This document shows positions 46,994 through 55,139 of a stretch of DNA of 64,000 bases, piece after piece; position 1 is the stretch's first letter, and each line of letters begins with the position of its first letter. Origin of the DNA: Alphaproteobacteria bacterium (GTDB lineage: Bacteria; Pseudomonadota; Alphaproteobacteria; UBA2136; UBA6156); the NCBI GenBank assembly GCA_049297695.1, contig JBAQUT010000004.1:1170-65169 (forward strand). Direction: 5' to 3'. The notes below the pieces were generated by a model, which was not told the origin of the DNA, searched no databases, and saw only the letters and a program-made list of their open reading frames with translations. Made by a program: the position numbers and the translations under genes.

Positions 46994-49057
46994 ATGGTGC
47001 GCATTACGTTGCCCGACAGTTCCATCAAAGAGTTTGCGGGCACCACCACCGGTACTACCGTGGCGGAAAGCATTGGGGCAGGTTTGGCCAAAGCCGCGCT
47101 GGCCGTGGAAGTGAATGGCAAACCGCAGGATATGGACAGCCCCATTGCGGTCGATGCCACCCTGAGCATTGCCACCCTGAAATCTCCCCTTGGGCTGGAT
47201 ACCGCCCGCCACACGCTGGCCGCCCAAGTGCTGGCCCGCACCGTGAAAGAGATGTACCCCACCGCCAAACTGGCCATTGGCCCCACCATTGAGAACGGCT
47301 GCTATTACGACATTGAATTTGCCAAAGCTATTTCCAGCGATGACTTGCCGAAGATTGAGGAACGGATGAAAGCCATCATCGCCCAAGGGTTTGCGGTGAA
47401 GCGCGAGCATTGGGAACCTGCCAAGGTGCGAGCATATTTTGAATCCAAGGGCGAGCCCTACAAGGTGGAACTTGTGGACGGCGCGGTGGAAAAAGGCGAG
47501 TTGGTGGAGGGGAAATATCTTTCCGTGTACCGCCAGATGGACGGGGAGAACGAGGTGTTTCTCGACCTCTGCCGCGGGCCCCACGTACCGAGTTTTGGCA
47601 AGCTGACGCTGGCGTTCAAGGTGAACACGTTGGCCGGTGCCTACTGGCGCGGAGATAGTACCAAACAACAATTGACCCGCATTTACGTGGTAGCCTTTGC
47701 CACGCAGAAAGAGCTGGATGCCTACCTGACCATGCGGGAAGAAGCCGAAAAGCGCGACCACCGGAAGATTGGCCCCGCGCTGGATTTGTTCCACTTCCAA
47801 GAAGAAGCGCCCGGACAAGCATTTTGGCATGCGGGGGGCTGGACACTGATGCTGGAAATGGAACACTTCATCCGTGAAAACCTGCGCCGCTACGATTATA
47901 AGGAAGTTAATACGCCGAAATTGGTTAATAAACGGCTCTATGAAGCCAGTGGGCATTGGCAAAATTACCGCGAAAATGGTTTTGTGTTTTCAGACCCTGT
48001 TATTCAACCCATTATTGAACCTTCCAACTACCCAGACCAACAGAAAAAGACGATTGGTGACTTAGCCAAACAGCTCGATGCGTTGGATATCCATATGCTG
48101 AAGCCGATGAACTGCCCTTGCCACGTGCAGATTTTCAACCAAGGGATTAAAAGTTACCGTGATTTGCCGTTACGGATGTCTGAATTTGGCTGCTGCATGC
48201 GGAATGAAGCGAAGGGCGCATTGCATGGGTTGATGCGTGTCACATCCATGACCCAAGATGATGCCCATATCTTCTGTACTGCTCAGAATATGGAAGAGGA
48301 AATCATTACCCTGTGCAAACTCATTGATGAAGTTTATAAGCCGTTTGGTTTTACTCAATACAGCGTACGTTTAGCCACACGTCCTGAAAAACGTGTTGGA
48401 GATGATGCCTTGTGGGATGCTGCCGAGAAAGGGTTAGCGGATGCCTGCGCAAAACGAGGAATACCTTTGACCATTGCTGCTGGTGATGGGGCATTTTATG
48501 GGCCCAAATTGGAGTATCACCTTACCGATGCCATTGGCCGCAGCTGGCAATGTGGTACCATTCAATTGGACTTCAATTTACCTCAGCGCCTAAGTGCATT
48601 TTATACAAATGAACAAGGCGAAAGGGTGAACTGCGTGATGATTCACCGTGCTCTGTTTGGTTCAATTGAACGCTTCATCGGCATTTTGATTGAAAACTAC
48701 GAAGGCAAATTCCCCGTGTGGTTGGCGCCGACGCAAGCGGTGGTGATTCCGATTTCCGACAAGCAGTCCGAGTATGCCGAGACGGTGCGGAAGGCGTTGT
48801 TTGAGGCCCCAGTTGTAACCGCCACGGGCGGGTTGCGCGTGGAAGTAGATGCCAGCAACGAACGCATGCAGAAGAAGATTCTGGTGGCCCAGCAACGGAA
48901 GGTTCCCTACATGTTGGTGGTAGGGGCTAAGGAGGCCGAAACCGGCACCGTGGCCGTACGCCTGCGGGATGGTACCGACCTTGGCGCCATGCCGCTGGCC
49001 GATTTTGTGGCCCGCGTGAAGGGCGAGGTGGATGGGCGTAAAGACCAAGGATGCTAG
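46994..49057 (+). CDS. thrS: Threonyl-tRNA synthetase
   Basis: Class II aaRS motifs and the C-terminal anticodon-binding domain. AGGAGAGAG RBS. The listed ORF start at 46703 is an upstream read-through. Confidence 0.95.
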   Translation: MVRITLPDSSIKEFAGTTTGTTVAESIGAGLAKAALAVEVNGKPQDMDSPIAVDATLSIATLKSPLGLDTARHTLAAQVLARTVKEMYPTAKLAIGPTIENGCYYDIEFAKAISSDDLPKIEERMKAIIAQGFAVKREHWEPAKVRAYFESKGEPYKVELVDGAVEKGELVEGKYLSVYRQMDGENEVFLDLCRGPHVPSFGKLTLAFKVNTLAGAYWRGDSTKQQLTRIYVVAFATQKELDAYLTMREEAEKRDHRKIGPALDLFHFQEEAPGQAFWHAGGWTLMLEMEHFIRENLRRYDYKEVNTPKLVNKRLYEASGHWQNYRENGFVFSDPVIQPIIEPSNYPDQQKKTIGDLAKQLDALDIHMLKPMNCPCHVQIFNQGIKSYRDLPLRMSEFGCCMRNEAKGALHGLMRVTSMTQDDAHIFCTAQNMEEEIITLCKLIDEVYKPFGFTQYSVRLATRPEKRVGDDALWDAAEKGLADACAKRGIPLTIAAGDGAFYGPKLEYHLTDAIGRSWQCGTIQLDFNLPQRLSAFYTNEQGERVNCVMIHRALFGSIERFIGILIENYEGKFPVWLAPTQAVVIPISDKQSEYAETVRKALFEAPVVTATGGLRVEVDASNERMQKKILVAQQRKVPYMLVVGAKEAETGTVAVRLRDGTDLGAMPLADFVARVKGEVDGRKDQGC

Positions 49058-50172
49058 GTACGAGGATGCTAGGTACTAGGTTGCGGGCTACTCCAGTTGA
49101 TGGGGCGGCCTTGGTGCTGCTTGTGGTTGCGTGTGTTTATGCGTGGATGAAACCCATGTGGGATTGGGATGTCATTCCCTACCTTGCGTTGGCGTTTCAT
49201 GCCCAAGGGCTGGATTGGCCCGCGGCCCATGCCGCCGTATATGCTTGGGTAGCCGCGTTGCCAGAACCGTGGAGCACCGATTTGCTGACCCGCGACGTGT
49301 ACCGCGCCAGCGTGGCGGCGGATGCCGAGAGTTTGCGGCAGGTGGGCGGGTTTTATCAGGCTCGGGTGGGGTATTACGGGCTGCTGGCGGCGTTGGAATA
49401 TGTGGGGGTTACCCCTGCCATAGCCGTGCAGGGTATCAACCTTGTGGGGCAGGTGGTGTTGGGAGGCACGATATGGGCATGGTTGCGGCCCTATGTGCGC
49501 GGGGTGTGGTGGCAGGTAGGGTTATGGATGCTGTTGTACGCGGTTTTGCTGTTCAACCCCACGGTGATGAAACTGGCCCGCTGGAGCAGCCCCGATGGGT
49601 TGGTGGCCGCGTTGTACGTGCTGGGCATGTACGGCGTGGTGCGGCACCGTTCTCCATGGGCGGCAGCGGCGTGGCTGGTCATGGTGCTGTTGCGGCCCAA
49701 CACGGCCTTGTGGCTGGCCCCTGTGGCGATGTGGGCGTGGTGGCAGGCACGGTACATGATGTGGCCCTTGCTGGGTGTGGGCATGGTGGCGGTGGCCATA
49801 CAATGGCTTTTCCCCAACTACCCCCTCAGCGTGGTGTGGCAACACACGTTTGGCTTCCCTTACACCCACCCCGCCGAGGTGCATTTAGCGTGGACGCACG
49901 ATGTTTACATGGCCACCTTCAAAAACCGCATAGGCCTGCTGCACGGGCGGGATGCCGTGGTGTGGGGCCTGATGGCCGCCTGCACGGGGCTTATGTGGGC
50001 CACCCAAGCCCCTGTGCGCTGGCTGGCCACGGCCGTGATGGCGGGGGCGTGCCTGCAACTTGCAGTGTTCCCCGCCTTTTGGGAGCGGTATTTTGGTGGA
50101 ATAGCGATTTGTTTAGTACTTATGGCTCTATCGGCACTCATAAAGCCCAAACCATACCGCGCTGAACCTTAA
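49051..50172 (+). CDS. Trp-rich polytopic membrane protein
   Basis: Multiple TM helices. Begins within a 15-bp tandem duplication at the thrS stop. Confidence 0.5.
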   Translation: MLGTRMLGTRLRATPVDGAALVLLVVACVYAWMKPMWDWDVIPYLALAFHAQGLDWPAAHAAVYAWVAALPEPWSTDLLTRDVYRASVAADAESLRQVGGFYQARVGYYGLLAALEYVGVTPAIAVQGINLVGQVVLGGTIWAWLRPYVRGVWWQVGLWMLLYAVLLFNPTVMKLARWSSPDGLVAALYVLGMYGVVRHRSPWAAAAWLVMVLLRPNTALWLAPVAMWAWWQARYMMWPLLGVGMVAVAIQWLFPNYPLSVVWQHTFGFPYTHPAEVHLAWTHDVYMATFKNRIGLLHGRDAVVWGLMAACTGLMWATQAPVRWLATAVMAGACLQLAVFPAFWERYFGGIAICLVLMALSALIKPKPYRAEP

Positions 50173-50741
50173 TGCCGTGTTGAAGATATGGTTGGCTCTG
50201 GTGCGTTTGTTGGGCGTTTATCCTCAAACCCCGCAGCTGTTATTTCTTCGGCACGTTTTTGGGCTTGCGCGTAACGGCCCCGAACGAGTTCATGTTTGGT
50301 ATAGAGACTCAACCTCGTGTTGATAACGCGCTCCCGTTTTTCCTGAGATAATTCCACGGCCTCCACATACAGCTTGGATGCCGCGATTTCATCCATCAGG
50401 CTTTTAAGCATGAGATTGCGCGCCATGTGTGGTTTTTGCTCAAAGAATCTTTGACGGGCTCGGTGATATTCATAACTTCCACGAGAGTCTAAAATTGTTA
50501 CCGATAAAAATTTCTTTATGTCAATAATTTGAATGGGCGATGAATCATTCGGATCAAGTACTTGGAAACTTTTAATGCTGGCATTACCAGTTAACTTACT
50601 CAGAAACTCCAAATAGAAATCTGACACTCTTTGGGCATTATATATAGCCAGTGTACGACCACTTTCATCGAGAGATTCTAATTCTTTCTTCAACTCATCC
50701 ATTGGATTTTGGATGGTTTGGTTGGACTTTGTGACGAACAT
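50169..50741 (-). CDS. Hypothetical protein, AT-rich islet gene
   Basis: 190-aa ORF with distinctly lower GC, lying between the thrS-adjacent membrane protein gene and infC. Confidence 0.5.
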   Translation of the reverse strand: MFVTKSNQTIQNPMDELKKELESLDESGRTLAIYNAQRVSDFYLEFLSKLTGNASIKSFQVLDPNDSSPIQIIDIKKFLSVTILDSRGSYEYHRARQRFFEQKPHMARNLMLKSLMDEIAASKLYVEAVELSQEKRERVINTRLSLYTKHELVRGRYAQAQKRAEEITAAGFEDKRPTNAPEPTISSTRH

Positions 50742-50850
50742 GGAACACCTCTTTATGTATACTTGTATTTATAAAAAAACAAGGCTTCGTCAACCCCCTT
50801 GCTTTTTGGCCATTTGTTTGGCATAGCTAACCCAACATCAATCAACAGGA

Positions 50851-51447
50851 GTGACTCCCATCGGTCGTTTTCGCGGTAAACCAGACAGAAACTGGCAGTA
50901 CGAGCATCGCATCAACGAAATGATCCGCATCCCGCAAATCCGCGTGGTGGGGCCCGAAGGCGAGAACTTTGGCATTATGGCCACCCGCGACGCGCTGTTC
51001 AAAGCCCGCGAGTTTGAGCTGGATCTGGTGGAAATCTCCCCTAACGCCTCGCCGCCTGTGTGTAAAATATTGGATTACGGCAAATTCCGCTTCCAAGAGC
51101 AAAAACGTAAGCGCGAAGCTAAAAAGAACCAGATTATCCAAGAAACCAAAGAGCTGGTGTTCCGCCCTGGTACGGAAGAAAACGATTATCAGGTGAAACT
51201 CCGCAAAATCAAAGAGTTTTTAGCCGAGGGCAACAAAGCCAAAATCAACCTGCGCTTCAAAGGCCGCGAGGTAACCCACATGGAGATTGGCCAAGAGATG
51301 CTGACCCGTTTGGTGAACGACACCGCCGACGTGGCCAAGGTGGATTTCCGCTCCGCCAAGGTGGAAGGGCGGTTTTTGGTGCTGATTCTCTCTCCAGGTG
51401 GTAAAGGCGGTAATGCTCCTAAAAAACCTGAAACGCCTACCGCGTAA
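50851..51447 (+). CDS. infC: Translation initiation factor IF-3
   Basis: RINEMIRIPQIRVVGPEGENFGI and the C-terminal domain. The start codon is atypical, as is usual for infC. Exact start uncertain. Confidence 0.85.
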   Translation: MTPIGRFRGKPDRNWQYEHRINEMIRIPQIRVVGPEGENFGIMATRDALFKAREFELDLVEISPNASPPVCKILDYGKFRFQEQKRKREAKKNQIIQETKELVFRPGTEENDYQVKLRKIKEFLAEGNKAKINLRFKGREVTHMEIGQEMLTRLVNDTADVAKVDFRSAKVEGRFLVLILSPGGKGGNAPKKPETPTA

Positions 51448-52954
51448 CGTTTTGACAGGTTAGAAGTCCCCCATACCCTCCATCCATCGGCACGGTGCAG
51501 CCTGTGAGGCTGGGCAAGGTGATGAGGATGTGGTTGCGGCGGTAGAGGGGGATGTAGGGCAGCGTTTCCGTTTGGAGTTTTTGAGCGGTTATCGCCGCCT
51601 CGGTTTGGGCTTGGGGAGTGGTGGCCGCGGCCAGGTTGTCCAGCGCGGCGTCCAGCTGGGGCAGGTTCACGCGGCCACGGTTCATACCCTTGGGCGGGGC
51701 CATGGTGCTGTGGAAGGTTTTGACCACAAAGTCGGGTGGCATAAGGCCTGTCCAACTGGCCAGGGCCATGTCAAACCGCCCTGCTTTCAAGGCCTCGTAA
51801 AAAGCACCCCACTCCAACGGGCGGAGTTTGATTTGGATGCCGATTTTCAGCACATCGTCTTGGATCACTTGCGCCACTTTTTGGCTCAAGGCATCGGTGC
51901 TGGTCAGCAACGTCAGTTCAAACCGTGGGCTGTTGGCATCCCCCACCAAGCCCATATCGTCCAGCGCATCAAAGGCTTCGCGGGGGTTGTACGCAGGTTC
52001 AGGGGCGTTCCATGCCGCGGGGTGATTGGGGGGCAACAACGTGCCCGCATAGGTGGCCATGCCCCCCAGCAGGTATTGCCGTAAAGCGGCGGTATGGATG
52101 GCCTGTTGCAGCGCGTGGCGGATGTGGTGGTTGGCCACATATTCGTTGCGGAAGTTCAGGGCCAAATAGCTGTAACTGCTGCTGGGAGTATTTACCACGT
52201 TCCAGCCTTGGCGGGTGGCCCATGTGGCCAGTTCGGGGGGGATGTCGTTCAACACCACGTCCACCTCACCACGTTTCAGTTTGAGTAGGCGGGTGGTGGG
52301 GTCGGAGAGGGGGAGGAAGGTTAAGGGTTGGTTGGACGGCTTTGTGGGTATCAAGGTAACGCTACCCAGAGTATCGGTGGCGCCAAGTTTGTACAAACCT
52401 AGGCCTGCGCGGGGTTCGCCCAAGGTGTCATTTGTGGGGGCGGGGGCAAGGGGGATGTCCGCCAACGTGGTGAGAAACCCCAAGGTTGTGCGGGGCAAGG
52501 TGAAGCGGAGGAGTGTGGGGGTTGGGGACTCCATGCGTACATCCGCCAAAACACCCGAAAGCGGGCTGCGGGGAGTGCGTTGCAGATACTCCAGCCAGCC
52601 TTTCACTTCGGTGGATGTAAGGGCGGTGCCGTTGTGGAAGGCCCAGCCCGTGGGCAGCGTGCAGGTGAACACCGTAAACGTGGTGTTGGCAGTGCAGCGT
52701 TCCGCCACCAAGGGGGTGGGTTGGAACTGGCTATCGATTTTCAACAATGCAGGGTTGGTGAGTTGCAACAGGCGGGCACCCGCGGCATCGGTGGCCAGAG
52801 CGGGGTCCAGGCTTTTGGGCGCGCTGGAGACGGCCACCACCAGCAGTTTGGAGGGTTGGGGGGCGGGGTACAGCATTTCAAGGGGATAAATGCCTACCAT
52901 AAAGGCACACATCCCCACTTGAAACCACCGTGCTGGCTTGTGAAACAGGCTCAT
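51437..52954 (-). CDS. ABC transporter substrate-binding protein, family 5 (peptide/nickel)
   Basis: Mature domain begins LVVAVSSAPKSLDP. The long upstream extension in the ORF track overlaps the LysM gene and is rejected. Confidence 0.8.
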   Translation of the reverse strand: MSLFHKPARWFQVGMCAFMVGIYPLEMLYPAPQPSKLLVVAVSSAPKSLDPALATDAAGARLLQLTNPALLKIDSQFQPTPLVAERCTANTTFTVFTCTLPTGWAFHNGTALTSTEVKGWLEYLQRTPRSPLSGVLADVRMESPTPTLLRFTLPRTTLGFLTTLADIPLAPAPTNDTLGEPRAGLGLYKLGATDTLGSVTLIPTKPSNQPLTFLPLSDPTTRLLKLKRGEVDVVLNDIPPELATWATRQGWNVVNTPSSSYSYLALNFRNEYVANHHIRHALQQAIHTAALRQYLLGGMATYAGTLLPPNHPAAWNAPEPAYNPREAFDALDDMGLVGDANSPRFELTLLTSTDALSQKVAQVIQDDVLKIGIQIKLRPLEWGAFYEALKAGRFDMALASWTGLMPPDFVVKTFHSTMAPPKGMNRGRVNLPQLDAALDNLAAATTPQAQTEAAITAQKLQTETLPYIPLYRRNHILITLPSLTGCTVPMDGGYGGLLTCQNVTR

Positions 52955-52975
52955 ATAAGGGCATGATACGGCAGG

Positions 52976-53833
52976 ATGAACCGTAAAGCCACCCTGTTCG
53001 CCATGGTATGTGCCCTTGGGGTAAGCGCCGCCGTACCCGCCCATGCGGGGATGATGGAATGGGTGGACGATGTGTTTACGTTTCGGGAAGACCAGAAAGA
53101 GCGGGTTTCCCCCCGCCGTGCCCTGCCCCCCAAAGTGGTGGTAAGCCCCTATTACGACGAACGCCAGCACGACAGCTGGAGCAATTATTACACCCGCACC
53201 GATTTGCAGGTGCAAAACGCAGCCTCGGGCAGTGCCAGCAAGGTGATGCGGCCCGCCACGCCGCCCGATGGCCAAGGTGGGTATGACCGTGGCTTTGGCC
53301 AAACCCGCAGTGCGGCGTACATTGGTGAACCCGGCACCGGCCCTGGCATGAACTTGGGTGCGGCGGATGCCCGTGTGAACGGCGATACCCGCATTGGCAA
53401 CGCCGTGCGGGATTGGCGCGATGGCGCCCCCAGCGACCCCTTGGGTGGCCGCGCGGGCGATTACAACTACCGCCTGCATGCAGGTAACGCTGATGATGGT
53501 TACAGCGGCCAGCGCGTGTACCGTGGAGATGGTTCTGGCAGTATTGAAAACGGCGAAGGCGGCAACGGTTGGAGCGGCGGCAAAGCAGATACCTACACGG
53601 TGGAACGCGGCGATACTCTGAGCGGCATTGCCGACAAACCCCAAATTTACGATAACTGGAAGCTGTGGCCCTTGATTTACAGCGCTAACCGCAAGGTGAT
53701 TGGCCGCGACCCCGACAATTTGAAACCCCAGCAGAACTTGGATATCCCCCGTGATTACACCGACAAGCAAGCCCGCGCCGCCGAGCGTAAGGCCGGGGCG
53801 CATGGGCGGGGGGTGTATGGGGATGGGCGGTAA
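52976..53833 (+). CDS. Secreted Gly/Asp-rich protein with C-terminal LysM domain
   Basis: Signal peptide. YTVERGDTLSGIA...IYSANR LysM motif. Confidence 0.75.
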   Translation: MNRKATLFAMVCALGVSAAVPAHAGMMEWVDDVFTFREDQKERVSPRRALPPKVVVSPYYDERQHDSWSNYYTRTDLQVQNAASGSASKVMRPATPPDGQGGYDRGFGQTRSAAYIGEPGTGPGMNLGAADARVNGDTRIGNAVRDWRDGAPSDPLGGRAGDYNYRLHAGNADDGYSGQRVYRGDGSGSIENGEGGNGWSGGKADTYTVERGDTLSGIADKPQIYDNWKLWPLIYSANRKVIGRDPDNLKPQQNLDIPRDYTDKQARAAERKAGAHGRGVYGDGR

Positions 53834-53865
53834 TCTATCTAAATAACTTTATTTTAAGGCATGTA

Positions 53866-54131
53866 TGGGGGTTGAGGGGGCATCAGCACCCTCACGCCAA
53901 CGGCGTCATTACAGCAAAGCTGTTGGTCTCCGCTACGCTACGGCTCCAGGGAGCACGACCCCTCACACATCCAGAAACCCGCAGGCCAACCTGCCGCGCG
54001 CAACCTGGACCCGTAGGGCAACGCACGTGCGTATCCAGTACTGCTCGTGCCGTAAGCCCTGGATTCCAGCCTGCGCTGGAATGACGCTTCGCGTTATAAG
54101 GGGGTAAACCCCCTTAACCCCCAACTTGTCG
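53866..54131. repeat. GC-rich palindromic intergenic repeat (copy D), abutting tRNA-Arg
   Basis: Carries the ggggttgaggggg..cgtcatt module and a terminal 50-bp module matching 16796..16834. Confidence 0.6.
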
Positions 54132-54165
54132 CAAACCAAAGTTATTTAGCTATAGCATCCTCACA

Positions 54166-54240
54166 TGGCGTCCCCGACAGGAATCGAACCTGTATCTGCC
54201 GCTTAGGAGGCTACCGTACTATCCATTGTACTACGGGGAC
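54166..54240 (-). tRNA. tRNA-Arg (anticodon CCU)
   Basis: Cloverleaf folded by hand: 7-bp acceptor stem, GTAC D-stem, T-arm ACAGG/TTCGATT/CCTGT, anticodon loop CU-CCU-AA. One A.G mismatch in the anticodon stem. No encoded CCA (the genomic sequence 5' of 54166 on the plus strand is not tgg). Confidence 0.8.
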
Positions 54241-54320
54241 GTTGTTCAACCTGTGGCAGAAGCTTGGAAAAACGTCAAGAACAGGGTGACTTGGCGGGCG
54301 ATTTCGGCTAGGTTTGGGCC

Positions 54321-55139
54321 ATGACACGCTCCACCTTGCGCTTGCTGCTGGCCATTTCCCTTATCCCGTTGTTGGCCTTTGCGGCCAGCCACAAAGCCAA
54401 ACGGGAACGGGTGGAGAAAGAACTGCCTCTCCCTGCCCCCATAGAAGCCCGTGTGGTGCAGGTGTTGGATGGTGATACGTTGGTGCTGGCCAGCGGCGAG
54501 CGGGTGCGGCTGGTGGATATCAACACTCCCGAAGGCCCCCATGATGGCGCCCCCGCCGAACCCTTTGCGGAAGAGGCCAAACAGCGGTTGAAAGACCTTG
54601 CGCTGGATAAAACGGTGCGGCTGGAGACCTCTCGCAAAGAGCGCGACGTGTACGGCCGCCGTTTGGCCCATGTGTACGCGGGCAGCACGTGGGTAAACGG
54701 CACCTTGGTGCGTGAAGGTTTGGCCGTGGCCTACACCTTTGCCGACAACCAGATGAAAGCCCCCGACATCCTCAAAGCCGAAAACGAGGCCCGCACCGCC
54801 CAGCGTGGCCTGTGGAGCCACCCGCGGTGGAACATCAAACCCGCCGCCGCCTGCTGCACCGAGACCGAGATGGGGCGTTTTCAGCTGGTGGAAGGCACGG
54901 TGGTGGATAGCGGAGGCGACAAAGACCATATTTACCTGAACTTCGGGCCGGATTACCGCACCGACTTTACCATCCGCATTGCCCGCAAAGATGCGAAGAA
55001 ATACTTCCTGAAATCCGGTATCAAAGACATTCCCGCTACCTACGTAGGCCGCACCGTGCGCGTTCATGGTCAAGTGGTGCCCGTGTATGGGGCGATGGTG
55101 GTGGTGAGCCATCCGGCGCAGGTGGAGATTTTGAAATAA
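54321..55139 (+). CDS. Thermonuclease (SNase-like) family protein
   Basis: Signal peptide. VLDGDTL...RLVDINTPE and VYGRRLAHVY motifs. Confidence 0.8.
   Translation: MTRSTLRLLLAISLIPLLAFAASHKAKRERVEKELPLPAPIEARVVQVLDGDTLVLASGERVRLVDINTPEGPHDGAPAEPFAEEAKQRLKDLALDKTVRLETSRKERDVYGRRLAHVYAGSTWVNGTLVREGLAVAYTFADNQMKAPDILKAENEARTAQRGLWSHPRWNIKPAAACCTETEMGRFQLVEGTVVDSGGDKDHIYLNFGPDYRTDFTIRIARKDAKKYFLKSGIKDIPATYVGRTVRVHGQVVPVYGAMVVVSHPAQVEILK

Noticed and set aside
52955-53803. N-terminal 283 codons of the 788-aa minus-strand ORF
   Set aside because: This stretch overlaps the well-supported LysM gene on the plus strand. The conserved start of the substrate-binding protein (LVVAVSSAPKSLDP) begins just after the Met at 52954.
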